IMG/VR virus record: IMGVR_UViG_3300030392_000341
Coordinates: 1-59,988 of that record
Length of the DNA: 59,988 bases
Reading direction: 5' to 3' (one strand)
From: a virus
Taxonomy: Duplodnaviria > Caudoviricetes
In this document: one piece after another, positions 36,613 through 45,508 of the stretch
Position numbering within the stretch: the stretch's first letter is position 1
How the letters are laid out: the number at the start of each line of letters is the position of its first letter
The notes under the pieces: generated by a model
Told to the model about the DNA's origin: nothing
Databases searched by the model: none
What the model saw: the letters and a program-made list of their open reading frames with translations, nothing else
Translations under genes and position numbers: made by a program

Positions 36613-36833
36613 GGGGCAAACTGTAATATATTTTTATGTGATAAATATACCACTATATAGTTTTTCTATTATTGCTAACCCTTTTTTATTTTTTGATGAT
36701 TTCAGTGAATTTTTCTAATTTTTTATGAGTAAGTAATCTTTATTTTTTTTTTTTTTGCGCGCGAATTTTTCCCCCCGCCCTTCTCTATTTCACTTAACAC
36801 ACCTTTCAATTCTCAGAAAACGATACCTTATTT

Positions 36834-36890
36834 CGTTAGCAGGCTATGCAATTCATTAGCATACTATCGAACTCGTTAGCATACTAAACA
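36834..36890. repeat. Three imperfect tandem motifs c(g/a)TTAGCAnnCTA with exact 20-bp period
   Basis: TTAGC at 36836, 36856 and 36876; a fourth copy at 37094. Confidence 0.75.
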
Positions 36891-36892
36891 CT

Positions 36893-36920
36893 TACTTCGG
36901 TGACATGGTGTCACTCAACT
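36893..36920. promoter_or_regulatory. Palindromic site copy 1 (GTGACA-TGG-TGTCAC)
   Basis: 28 bp identical to 37900-37927. Confidence 0.75.
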
Positions 36921-36959
36921 AATTAGTATACGAAGTACAATACCGCAGAAAATAAAAAC

Positions 36960-36987
36960 TTGCATACCGCATTAACTTCTATAGACT
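36960..36987 (+). promoter_or_regulatory. Putative early sigma70 promoter
   Basis: A-rich UP-like element, then TTGCAT-16 nt-TAGACT. Confidence 0.5.
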
Positions 36988-37027
36988 ATTAGATAGTTGT
37001 TTCTCATTGTTAATAACAGTCTAGCGT

Positions 37028-37056
37028 TAGTTCAGTGACACCATGTCACTCAACTA
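37028..37056. promoter_or_regulatory. Palindromic site copy 2 (GTGACA-CCA-TGTCAC; spacer reversed)
   Basis: tagttcagtgaca-cca-tgtcactcaacta; 13-bp arms with one mismatch. Confidence 0.75.
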
Positions 37057-37127
37057 GCGGTCAGCACTGCTATGCAGTGAGACACATTTTTCATTAGCAA
37101 CCTAACTAAACAGAACAGGTAATCATA

Positions 37128-37835
37128 ATGAACCATTTAGAAAACGGTGTGTCTCGTATAGTACTTAGTGAGCTAACCAAACATAAGGTGTTCGCTGATG
37201 TCGTTGCGAAAGTAAAGTCAGCCAGCGAAAATTATGAAACATCTCAAAATACGGTTGGTGATTTTCTTGCACCGCTTGTTTACTTAGCAAGCGAACTAGT
37301 CTTGAATGTTAAATCACGCACTAAAAAGGCAGAGACAGGCGTTACCACTGCAAGTGCTTGGATTAAATGGTTAAATTCAAACATTACAAAGTCAGAAGCG
37401 TTTGCTAAACAACTTAGCAGGCTAACCTTAAGTGAACGTGTTCGTGAATTGTTTGCGGATTGTAAAACTTTGGAAGATTACATTGATACAATGCACAACA
37501 AAAAATTGTATACGTTTAAAGCTTGGCGAGAAGCTGCTTCTGGTAAAGGTGAAGGTGCTGGGACGAAAAATCTTACATTAACTCAAATGTATGATATGAC
37601 ACCCAGCGCACTACGTAGGCATTTTAAGAAAACCTACAACAAAGCAGAAGATACTAAGCTTGCTAAGGATTTGAAAGTAAGAAAAATTCAAGTCGAAGTT
37701 TTGACCACAATAACTGACAAGCGGAAAGACAATCGCGTCTCTGCTAAGAAACGCGGTAGTCGTGCAGCTCAAGTGAAAAGTGGAAGTAACGGCAGAATTA
37801 ACAATGCTGTAAACGGGCTCCACGCGACTGTTTAA
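37128..37835 (+). CDS. First early gene, hypothetical basic helical protein (235 aa)
   Basis: Has its own promoter, an AGGT RBS and a terminator. Confidence 0.75.
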   Translation: MNHLENGVSRIVLSELTKHKVFADVVAKVKSASENYETSQNTVGDFLAPLVYLASELVLNVKSRTKKAETGVTTASAWIKWLNSNITKSEAFAKQLSRLTLSERVRELFADCKTLEDYIDTMHNKKLYTFKAWREAASGKGEGAGTKNLTLTQMYDMTPSALRRHFKKTYNKAEDTKLAKDLKVRKIQVEVLTTITDKRKDNRVSAKKRGSRAAQVKSGSNGRINNAVNGLHATV

Positions 37836-37854
37836 CATCGTAAATATACTGAAA

Positions 37855-37892
37855 GAAACCCCTAGCGGAAGCTGGGGGTTTTCTTTTGTTTT
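37855..37892 (+). terminator. Rho-independent terminator
   Basis: AAACCCCTAGC-GGAA-GCTGGGGGTTT followed by a T-rich tail. Confidence 0.8.
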
Positions 37893-37899
37893 GAAGCAA

Positions 37900-37927
37900 T
37901 ACTTCGGTGACATGGTGTCACTCAACT
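37900..37927. promoter_or_regulatory. Palindromic site copy 3
   Basis: tacttcggtgacatggtgtcactcaact, identical to 36893-36920. Confidence 0.75.
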
Positions 37928-37974
37928 CCACTTATCTCGTATGGGCTCGAATAATCTCACGAGGGAAACGATAA

Positions 37975-38178
37975 ATGAAAACTCATTACGACAACAGCAA
38001 TGTCTTAGAGATATGCCGTAGGCTTAAGCTATATGGGAAAACCTCCAAGCGTAAGCTTTACACCAAGGGACACAGTAGGTGTGTGCAGATAATAACAATA
38101 GTTCATTCAGATGGGCGCACTCATGAAAAGAGAGAACCGATGTTCTCATCGCACAATTCCTTAAAACGACGTAAATGA
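37975..38178 (+). CDS. Hypothetical early protein
   Basis: 67 aa; GAGGG RBS. Confidence 0.55.
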   Translation: MKTHYDNSNVLEICRRLKLYGKTSKRKLYTKGHSRCVQIITIVHSDGRTHEKREPMFSSHNSLKRRK

Positions 38179-38292
38179 GCATGGGAACAACTCAGGTCAT
38201 ATGGACGCAACCTATTGGTATGTATAGGCTTTTCATGTCTGTACATACTTCTGCGCTGCGGTCGCACGTAGATGATAAACTTCAACTGACTG

Positions 38293-38598
38293 ATGAGGTA
38301 TGTCATGTTAAATGATAATACTTTGATGAGCAGAGTTGAAGGCATGGTAAACGATTTCAGGGACCATCAAGTTCTGGTGGAACAACTGAAAGTTAAAGAA
38401 GATATACCTGCCGACATCTCTGATGATACGGTAAGGTCAATGGTGCTATTCGCTATTGCCCTTGGTAAGAAAGAAATGTGCGCGTCCATACTGAAAGGGA
38501 TGTTCCTTATTTGGGAGATGTGTACTCCCGATGTGAAGGAAAGCATACTCCTAGAGAAAGATTGGCGTACATTACATCGCTGGTCACAGAAAGGATAA
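38293..38598 (+). CDS. Hypothetical early protein
   Basis: 101 aa in a packed plus-strand run. Confidence 0.6.
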   Translation: MRYVMLNDNTLMSRVEGMVNDFRDHQVLVEQLKVKEDIPADISDDTVRSMVLFAIALGKKEMCASILKGMFLIWEMCTPDVKESILLEKDWRTLHRWSQKG

Positions 38599-38602
38599 CG
38601 CT

Positions 38603-38797
38603 ATGTTACTCACGAAACTTGACGGGTCAGGCACAATCCTGATTGATGCTGTTGATTCACGCCTGAAGGTAGCATGTGAATATGAGGCAGAAGGTAGGTA
38701 TGACCTATCGTCTATCATATTCGGTAATGCTCTGGAGGCAGACAAATCTCCAACAGAACGGAAAAGGGAAGCTTATCTATCCCATGTCAATTCATGA
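38603..38797 (+). CDS. Hypothetical early protein
   Basis: 64 aa; AAGGA RBS. Confidence 0.6.
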   Translation: MLLTKLDGSGTILIDAVDSRLKVACEYEAEGRYDLSSIIFGNALEADKSPTERKREAYLSHVNS

Positions 38798-39000
38798 CGA
38801 ACCTTGGAACAGCTCCACGAGGAGCAGAGAAAACCGATGTTCAGATACAGGCTGAAACTAGGAGGTCTTCGCAGGAATTACTGCATCGACTTCAAACTAC
38901 ATGTCATGACTGTGGGGAACGAGGTGACTTACGCATAGGCACATATCGTGTGGTATGTCTCCGTTGTTATAAACGTGACCTGAACATAAGGATTGGATGA
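38794..39000 (+). CDS. Small Zn-ribbon-like protein
   Basis: CHDC...CLRC; ATGA coupling. Confidence 0.6.
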   Translation: MTNLGTAPRGAEKTDVQIQAETRRSSQELLHRLQTTCHDCGERGDLRIGTYRVVCLRCYKRDLNIRIG

Positions 39001-39007
39001 CTAAACA

Positions 39008-39223
39008 ATGAGCTATAAATATTTAGCTATGATAGGCGGATGTTCAGCCTTACTGAGTACACTGTGCATAGCTTTGTTAGTTATCTTTCCTTACTTTACA
39101 TTGACTATCAAAGTCTCAGCATATGAGGTGTTTATGGTGATGTGTATTAGCTTTACCATGTTCTTCTTGACTCTTGTAGCACTGATAATAGATACTTTCT
39201 CCAAACCTAGAAGGATTAAATGA
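39008..39223 (+). CDS. Small two-TM membrane protein
   Basis: Two hydrophobic segments and a basic C-terminus. Confidence 0.6.
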   Translation: MSYKYLAMIGGCSALLSTLCIALLVIFPYFTLTIKVSAYEVFMVMCISFTMFFLTLVALIIDTFSKPRRIK

Positions 39224-39468
39224 TGATTAATAAATATTATCATACCATTATGTACCGTATTAAAGGTAGACTATGGAACTGGTGGCACTCAGACTTACGT
39301 TGGTTTTTTGGTGTTGAATACATAGGTAAAAACCGTCCTTGGTATCATCTCTGTTGTAATGGTGACTGTGGAGGATGGCGTACTCGTTTGTGTGACATGT
39401 TAGAAGATTATGACACAGGGTGGCGACATCACGAAGAAAAAATGGAGTCAGGAAATGACAAAACGTAG
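39220..39468 (+). CDS. Hypothetical Trp/Cys-rich protein
   Basis: 82 aa; coupled start. Confidence 0.55.
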   Translation: MMINKYYHTIMYRIKGRLWNWWHSDLRWFFGVEYIGKNRPWYHLCCNGDCGGWRTRLCDMLEDYDTGWRHHEEKMESGNDKT

Positions 39469-39883
39469 CGATGTGGTAAAAGATAAGAACGGTAATTGGA
39501 TTCCGAAACTACAAAAGATAGTCCTTAATAAATGTCATGGTGGGTTCGGCTTGTCCGACGAAGCTGAAGAATTATTCTGGAAACTTCTTGAATATCCTGT
39601 TACTTTTTACTCTACGATGAACGACGAATCCGTAACGATAAAGAAAGACTCTCCACTTGAAATAAAAGAAGACTTTTACCACGCGATTACGCATCCTAGC
39701 TTTGTTAGGAATCTCCACAGAGGTAACAAAGCTCTAGTGGAAGTGGTTGAAAGACTAGGCGAAAAAGCTAATGGTGCTTTTGCTTCTCTTGAAGTAGTAA
39801 AAATTCCCGCTGATATAGAATACAATATCACCGAATATGATGGTTATGAAAATGCTCAAAATCCTGTGGTGATTTATGGGTAG
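39455..39883 (+). CDS. Hypothetical phage protein (KIVLNKCHGGFGLS type)
   Basis: Motifs NxCxGGFGLS and LVEVVERLG...NG..EYDGYE; probable start MTKRSD. Confidence 0.7.
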   Translation: MTKRSDVVKDKNGNWIPKLQKIVLNKCHGGFGLSDEAEELFWKLLEYPVTFYSTMNDESVTIKKDSPLEIKEDFYHAITHPSFVRNLHRGNKALVEVVERLGEKANGAFASLEVVKIPADIEYNITEYDGYENAQNPVVIYG

Positions 39884-40187
39884 ATACTACGGAAGCTGGA
39901 CAATAGACGAAAGGTATGAGAAAGAGGAGTTCAAGGACCATCCTATCCATCTCACTCCGTTGTCGAAGCGTATTGGTGACTTGGTTCCACATATAATACG
40001 AACCATTCCAGTAAATCGGGGAGACATCTGGATAGGAGAGGTTATTGTGTGGCAACTAACCAGAAAGGGGGCGAAGCTCTACGGTATCTATAACCTGACA
40101 AACAGGAAACTGATTCGCAACAAAGAAAGAAGCGAACAGGAGTTGGCAGTTGACAATGTTAGATTCAGAGATGCAAAAGAATCGTAA
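39876..40187 (+). CDS. Hypothetical early protein
   Basis: 103 aa; overlapping start. Confidence 0.6.
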   Translation: MGRYYGSWTIDERYEKEEFKDHPIHLTPLSKRIGDLVPHIIRTIPVNRGDIWIGEVIVWQLTRKGAKLYGIYNLTNRKLIRNKERSEQELAVDNVRFRDAKES

Positions 40188-40297
40188 GCTTAAGAAACCT
40201 CGTGACCCTTATTGGAGAGTGCGTAGGTTTTTAGGCAAGCGTATAGTCCCTTCTCTAAAAGGAAGGGGTGCTTATAACCGGAAGAAAGGAAACAAGG

Positions 40298-40675
40298 ATG
40301 TCGAACTCGACTAACATCATCTCTTTTGACGACTACAAAACACGAAGAGATGAACAGAATGAGCGTGACCAAGAGCACGACAGACAACTTAAGGAAGACC
40401 TCACTAATTTGGACACATGGATTAATATGTCCGATGAGGCACGAGAAGACTTTGAAAATTATGCTAAAAAGAGCGGGATGATGGACAGTCCTTCCTCTTC
40501 TGAAGAAGATAAGAGGTATCTCTACCGACGTAACCGCATCTGGCATTTTAAGAAACGACTAAAGGGCACGAAGAAAATTCATCGATGCAGTTTGCATACG
40601 GATGACCTAGTGGTAGCCCTCCAAAAAAGGGATGCACTTCTTCAGAAATGGAATGAGATTGACCGAAAGAACTAA
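40298..40675 (+). CDS. Protein with C-terminal integrase-arm-like (DUF6538-like) DNA-binding motif
   Basis: YLYRRNRIWHFKKRL...RCSLHTDDLVVALQKRD; probable start MSNSTNII after AAGGA. Confidence 0.55.
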   Translation: MSNSTNIISFDDYKTRRDEQNERDQEHDRQLKEDLTNLDTWINMSDEAREDFENYAKKSGMMDSPSSSEEDKRYLYRRNRIWHFKKRLKGTKKIHRCSLHTDDLVVALQKRDALLQKWNEIDRKN

Positions 40676-40677
40676 GA

Positions 40678-40857
40678 ATGACGACCAATAATCCCAAAGA
40701 GATTCATCTTGCTTCCCTAGAGGAGCAACGTGATAGGCTGAAGGGCATGTTGAATGCCATTAAAGCTGGGTTCTACACAGGTGATGAGAAGAATGTGGAG
40801 AACCGTATTAACAAACTTAACAACCTTATAAAAAGGGAACAAGGTAATGTTGAATAA
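40678..40857 (+). CDS. Hypothetical protein (59 aa)
   Basis: Hand translation MTTNNPKEIHLASLEEQRDRLKGML...; fills the intergenic gap. Confidence 0.5.
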   Translation: MTTNNPKEIHLASLEEQRDRLKGMLNAIKAGFYTGDEKNVENRINKLNNLIKREQGNVE

Positions 40858-41818
40858 TCAAGCATTGTTTGACCATGATAAACTTAACTTTCGTGTAGAG
40901 AAAATTCCACTGTTCAGAGAAGAACACTCTACTAAAACGGTATTCCCTATAACTTATGGGACTATACCAGATAACTGCATTCCGACACCAACCAGATTAG
41001 GGATGGGTCTGCAACGTACAGATACCGGAGAAGTCTTGTCTATCGTATCAGAAGACAGACCGGACCATCAGTACCTGTCTATGGTGAAGAAGATAGAAGA
41101 AGGTTTATGGCAGTCAGGGATAAACCTGAATGATGTTTCTACTACCACAGACGTATATGATAATGGTGCTCAACTACAACTGGGCATACAGTTCAATGCG
41201 TATGCTCTGGATATTGGAGGAGGAGATATAGTAAAACCTAGACTTCTTCTTCGTGATTCTCATAATGGAAAATGGGCATTGAATGGTATGATGGGAGCGT
41301 TTCGTTCCTCCTGCTGGAACACTCTGGTAGTAGGAGATAAGCTGGCTCATATCTACATGAAACATACTGCCGGTCTTGATGTATCTTCCTTTGCCTCCAA
41401 GGTGGGCAACGCCGCCAAGTATATTGGTGGAGAAGGGTATGATATGATGCGGAAATGGTATCGTACACCTGTAAAGAGAGAGCAAGCGATTGATTTGTTT
41501 ACGAAAACCTTGGCTCAACGTATGGATAATGTTACCAGAAAGAAGGTAGCTAACAAGGTAATGCTCTCTAATCTCATGAAGATATTTGATGAAGAGAACC
41601 GTCATCTCCACGGGAATGCTCTCTATGAGAAGTACGCAACCAGAGATGAAGGCAGCCTATGGACTGCATACAATGCAGCTACTCACTGGTCTACTCATAC
41701 CAATGAGCGTGTTCGGAAGGATAACAGTAAGCCTTTCAATGTACGTGTCACCCGTGAAGAGCAAGTAAGAAAGATGCTCAAGTCTGATACGTGGAATACT
41801 CTGGCGTTAGCCGCTTAA
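40847..41818 (+). CDS. DUF932-like phage/plasmid protein
   Basis: RTDTGEVLSIVS, LRDSHNG, FRSSCWNT and SLWTAYNAAT motifs. Confidence 0.75.
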   Translation: MLNNQALFDHDKLNFRVEKIPLFREEHSTKTVFPITYGTIPDNCIPTPTRLGMGLQRTDTGEVLSIVSEDRPDHQYLSMVKKIEEGLWQSGINLNDVSTTTDVYDNGAQLQLGIQFNAYALDIGGGDIVKPRLLLRDSHNGKWALNGMMGAFRSSCWNTLVVGDKLAHIYMKHTAGLDVSSFASKVGNAAKYIGGEGYDMMRKWYRTPVKREQAIDLFTKTLAQRMDNVTRKKVANKVMLSNLMKIFDEENRHLHGNALYEKYATRDEGSLWTAYNAATHWSTHTNERVRKDNSKPFNVRVTREEQVRKMLKSDTWNTLALAA

Positions 41819-41861
41819 CTTCACAACAAACACATGGGTCTACAAGAAAGGAGACTGAGTG

Positions 41862-42005
41862 ATGACCTGCGAAAACAAGGTTTGGTATCGGTACGTTAGG
41901 GGTAGTGACATTGCAGTAGATTGTGGCAGCATTGACCCCCACGGTAACCGTGCACTTTGTGCTGAGTGTTTGAAACAATGGGAACGAAAGGACAGCCATG
42001 ACTGA
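41862..42005 (+). CDS. Small Cys-rich protein (47 aa)
   Basis: Hand translation MTCENKVWYRY...DCGSIDPHGNRALCAEC; AAGGAG RBS. Confidence 0.55.
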   Translation: MTCENKVWYRYVRGSDIAVDCGSIDPHGNRALCAECLKQWERKDSHD

Positions 42006-42276
42006 GCTTAAAGTAAACACTTCTTCTATACTTTTAGAAGAAGCAAGGAGGCTTAATCTTGCGGTTCTGAACCTACGGTGGGAGACTGCCGTAGGAGTAA
42101 TAGAAAGGATGGACCCTGAATTATGGGAAGTAGACGAGGCTCTCCTTGGGCCTAACCTTTCTGAACAAGCAAGAGAATTCTTAAAGGATGTTCGACAAAT
42201 GATTGTTGAATACCAACAAGAATTGTACTACAAACATTATCAAGGAGAAGAAGAGGATGAAGATACCTCAATGTGA
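41998..42276 (+). CDS. Hypothetical protein
   Basis: 92 aa; acidic C-terminus. Confidence 0.6.
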   Translation: MTELKVNTSSILLEEARRLNLAVLNLRWETAVGVIERMDPELWEVDEALLGPNLSEQAREFLKDVRQMIVEYQQELYYKHYQGEEEDEDTSM

Positions 42277-42466
42277 TGAACGTGGAAATGAATGTAAGAT
42301 AAATGAAATGGAAGTCTTACATTCAGCCGCAGGATATTACCTTGGATGGTTTTGTTCTGAGTGTGGTCCTTGGGATAGGTTCAGTGGTTACTTTTCTACT
42401 GAAGACGAAGCTCAAGAAGACCTGAACGCATGGAAAAAGGAACCGTTATATGTACAAACTTCCTAA
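42257..42466 (+). CDS. Small phage protein (SAAGYYLG motif)
   Basis: VLHSAAGYYLGWFC..CGP.DRFSGYF. Confidence 0.65.
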   Translation: MKIPQCDERGNECKINEMEVLHSAAGYYLGWFCSECGPWDRFSGYFSTEDEAQEDLNAWKKEPLYVQTS

Positions 42467-42653
42467 AGGCAGTACACTTTCCAAAAAGGACAAGAAGCAG
42501 TTTGAGCAGATGAATGACTTGCTTGTTCGTGTATCAACGGAATGCAAGATATCCTTCGATGAGGGATTAGATTTCTATTCGATAGCTAAAGTAGTTCAGG
42601 ATACAGGTAGCTCAATGCAAGAAGCTATAGATGAAGCGGAGAAAGGAGAATGA
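42450..42653 (+). CDS. Hypothetical protein
   Basis: 67 aa; AAGGA RBS. Confidence 0.55.
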   Translation: MYKLPKGSTLSKKDKKQFEQMNDLLVRVSTECKISFDEGLDFYSIAKVVQDTGSSMQEAIDEAEKGE

Positions 42654-42728
42654 ATGACTGCAAATCATATTATGTTTGGGTTTGTTTTGTTACTAATTTT
42701 AATAGCATTAGTATAAGGAACTAAACTA

Positions 42729-43127
42729 ATGGATAGAACATTAGCAAAGAAATGGGTCACTGCTTTAAGGAGTGGTGACTATCTACAAGGAACAGATTAT
42801 TTATGTTCAACAGATTTTTCTGAGAAAGACCCGTTTGAAAGCTTTTGTTGTCTGGGAGTACTGGCTGATATAGTAGGCATTCCCTATGATAATAGGAAGA
42901 AAACTAAAAGTAAGGATGATGAGTGGGAACCGGGGTTTATATCTAGTCGAATCTACCATAACGATGACAAAGAAACTTCAGTTGATGACTTCCCCACAGG
43001 ACAAATGCTGTTAAAGATGGGAGGATTGGAGGAAGATGTGGCAAGGGACTTGGCAGAAATGAATGACCATGATGTTTCCTTTGCAGAGATAGCAGACTGT
43101 ATTGAAAAACAGGAAATAAAAATATGA
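42729..43127 (+). CDS. Phage hypothetical protein (WxxALRSGxYxQ type)
   Basis: KWVTALRSGDYLQG, FCCLGVL and MND...SFAEIAD motifs. Confidence 0.75.
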   Translation: MDRTLAKKWVTALRSGDYLQGTDYLCSTDFSEKDPFESFCCLGVLADIVGIPYDNRKKTKSKDDEWEPGFISSRIYHNDDKETSVDDFPTGQMLLKMGGLEEDVARDLAEMNDHDVSFAEIADCIEKQEIKI

Positions 43128-43369
43128 GTGCTCGTAAAAAAGTCATTCATGTTAATCAACACAAGATAAGAGGTAACCGGAAGAATGGAACGGATGACCC
43201 TGTAATTACAGTAAAGGATTATAAATCAAATACATACGCACACCATGTGTATATTGATGGGCCATGTGAAATTAAATATAGTCCTCACAAACCCTTACCC
43301 TGTGGCGCACAAGTATGGATAGAAACTAAATCAACTGTCCATACGTGCCGCACCTTACTAGGAGAGTAG
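43124..43369 (+). CDS. Small phage protein (IHVNQH type)
   Basis: IHVNQHKIRGN...PLPCGAQVWIET. Confidence 0.7.
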   Translation: MSARKKVIHVNQHKIRGNRKNGTDDPVITVKDYKSNTYAHHVYIDGPCEIKYSPHKPLPCGAQVWIETKSTVHTCRTLLGE

Positions 43370-43371
43370 CT

Positions 43372-44043
43372 ATGCAATTAGTGCATGAGACTGTCTTGTC
43401 AGGCAAGTTAGAATTGTTTAAGTCTGTCAGTGTGAACACGCTTACCAATAAGTTCTGTTATGATAACTACGTGCGTGGTAAGAAGCGTAACGAAGAAGCA
43501 GGAGAAGTAGTGGATATCTGTGGGGTATGTTATTCATATGATATGCTCAAGGGTTTCCGTAAGAATACTGCACCTGCATTACAAAGGAACAGTGACCTGC
43601 TTCCTGTGAGGGAACTGGAACCACATGAGATACCTTTTATTATGGATGCGTACTATAGATTTGATGCTCATGGTGAGTTGATAACTGAAACAGTGGATGG
43701 AGTGAAGTATCCTAAGTTCACTCACATAGAGAACTATTGCAGGATTGCAGAACATAATCCTCATTGTAACTTTGCCCTCTGGACAAAGAGGACTGACATC
43801 ATTGGACCTTTCTTCGACCAGAGAGAGAAACCTGCTAACCTTATTCTTATCTATTCCAATAAGAAGGTTGGTACAATTTTAAGTAAACCTCCCAGACACT
43901 TTGACCGTACATTTAATAATGTCCTTGAACATGAACACAAGGAGAAACAGAATTGTACTGGACAAAAATGTAAGAATTGTTTACTGTGTTACATACCCAA
44001 TAATGGGATAACAACAATCGTAGAGAAGGTAAAGAAATATTAG
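43372..44043 (+). CDS. Cys-rich putative Fe-S / gp88-like protein
   Basis: C...CGVCY, RFDAHGE, FALWTK and C-x3-CxxCxxC motifs. Confidence 0.6.
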   Translation: MQLVHETVLSGKLELFKSVSVNTLTNKFCYDNYVRGKKRNEEAGEVVDICGVCYSYDMLKGFRKNTAPALQRNSDLLPVRELEPHEIPFIMDAYYRFDAHGELITETVDGVKYPKFTHIENYCRIAEHNPHCNFALWTKRTDIIGPFFDQREKPANLILIYSNKKVGTILSKPPRHFDRTFNNVLEHEHKEKQNCTGQKCKNCLLCYIPNNGITTIVEKVKKY

Positions 44044-44044
44044 A

Positions 44045-44209
44045 ATGCACAACATAGTAAGGTTACCGGAAGCAGAAGAAGCTGCTGCTCTGGTGTGTGA
44101 GAATTGTTCTAACTGGGAAATGTTACATGCTCACTTCTTCGTGTATGAAGATGGGAGCTTTCGATGCACCCGATGCGGGGCTGGTTTTGTTTTTAAGAAC
44201 GGAGAATAA
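44045..44209 (+). CDS. Small Zn-ribbon protein (54 aa)
   Basis: Hand translation containing CENC...CTRC. Confidence 0.55.
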   Translation: MHNIVRLPEAEEAAALVCENCSNWEMLHAHFFVYEDGSFRCTRCGAGFVFKNGE

Positions 44210-44212
44210 ACT

Positions 44213-44557
44213 ATGACTAGAGATTCCGCTTTTCAAATAGCCTGTAATGAAGTTACAAGGCTAACTCAAATCGTTAAAGACCTGACTGTTGAAGTGACAG
44301 TAGTTAAATTAAAATTAAAAAACACAGAAGAACTGCTGGAAAATTTATCCCGTAGAAGATTAGAAGGGAAGGATAAATCTATAATTAGTGCAACAGTTAT
44401 AGAAGCTGATAGGCTGGATTACCTGTCAAAAATAGAACTAACTGAAGAACAAATTAATTATATAGGTACTTGGCTTGATGATTGCGACGAACAAAAGCAG
44501 GACTATACTTATTTAATTAAAGATTCAGTAGATGCATACAATGGGGGAGCTAGATAG
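44213..44557 (+). CDS. Hypothetical coiled-coil protein
   Basis: 114 aa; GGAG RBS. Confidence 0.6.
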   Translation: MTRDSAFQIACNEVTRLTQIVKDLTVEVTVVKLKLKNTEELLENLSRRRLEGKDKSIISATVIEADRLDYLSKIELTEEQINYIGTWLDDCDEQKQDYTYLIKDSVDAYNGGAR

Positions 44558-44558
44558 C

Positions 44559-44819
44559 ATGACCAATAGAAAACTCAGGTATGAGGATGAGTACACACCA
44601 TACTTAAGTTACGGTAAGTATGAATCTATAGCTTATACTTCAGAAGATAAGCGTCAGGCAGATAGCTGGTCCCATAACTCCATAACTTTGGATGAAGGAT
44701 TTAAAATCCTGCCAATAGAAGCTAGATTGGAAATTATAGTTCAGTTGGAAAAGGAATTAATCAAGGTTCGAGGTGAACTAATAGATTGTCTAGTACAAAA
44801 TGTTAAATACCCCTCATAA
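44559..44819 (+). CDS. Hypothetical protein
   Basis: Probable start MTNRKL after GGGAG. Confidence 0.55.
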   Translation: MTNRKLRYEDEYTPYLSYGKYESIAYTSEDKRQADSWSHNSITLDEGFKILPIEARLEIIVQLEKELIKVRGELIDCLVQNVKYPS

Positions 44820-44830
44820 GGAAAAGGATT

Positions 44831-45019
44831 ATGACAAAAAACCTGTGGGAAAAAGATAGAAAGACATGGTTCAGAGCGTTGGTGCGTGAGTATCAGCGGG
44901 AAGGCTATAGTCTTAAAGAAGCGAAGCATCTGGCTCGTAAAGAAACAGATGATATCATGTCAGATAAAGAACAGTTTGTCAATCAAATAATAGAAGATGA
45001 ATGGGAAGGAGGTAAGTAG
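44831..45019 (+). CDS. Hypothetical protein
   Basis: 62 aa; AAGGA RBS; YQREGYSLKEAK. Confidence 0.6.
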   Translation: MTKNLWEKDRKTWFRALVREYQREGYSLKEAKHLARKETDDIMSDKEQFVNQIIEDEWEGGK

Positions 45020-45258
45020 TGGCAGACCTTACAACGTGGGGTGTAGTTAAACCTACAATAGAGTTATCTACAATAGATAAAGAAACTCAATTTCTTGAGA
45101 TATGCTATTATGAAGACGATGGTAGTCATGTAGTTCTAAGAATATACTCCGGTATCGACAAACATTTTAGTGAGGACTTCTTGGGAATGTTTAATCTTGA
45201 TAATATTAAAATTAAGAGAGCTAAAGATGACAAGCAAGTGGAACTTAATCTATCGTAA
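45019..45258 (+). CDS. Hypothetical protein
   Basis: 79 aa; GGAGG RBS, GTG start. Confidence 0.55.
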   Translation: MADLTTWGVVKPTIELSTIDKETQFLEICYYEDDGSHVVLRIYSGIDKHFSEDFLGMFNLDNIKIKRAKDDKQVELNLS

Positions 45259-45400
45259 CAAGGGTAAGGGTAAGCATGTTGTTGAAACCTTTACTAAAAA
45301 GGCTGATGCTAAGAAAGAACTTGACATGAGAAAGGGGTTAGTATATGTTTTGGAGAAGCGGTCAACGAAAGATATATACTTCTTACAAAGAGTATATTAA
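45227..45400 (+). CDS. Hypothetical protein
   Basis: Probable start MTSKWNL. Confidence 0.5.
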   Translation: MTSKWNLIYRNKGKGKHVVETFTKKADAKKELDMRKGLVYVLEKRSTKDIYFLQRVY

Positions 45401-45508
45401 GGATAAAATTAAACAAATAGCGTGGTGGTCTATGATAGGAATAGTAGTTGTCTATTTTCTTTATATCTTAGAAGCTATGGTTACTTACCTGACTTACGGA
45501 TTAATATA

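Noticed and set aside
41820-42000. Possible tRNA or ncRNA in the gap
   Set aside because: No cloverleaf or T-loop motif; the gap is explained by a 47-aa Cys-rich ORF with a good RBS.
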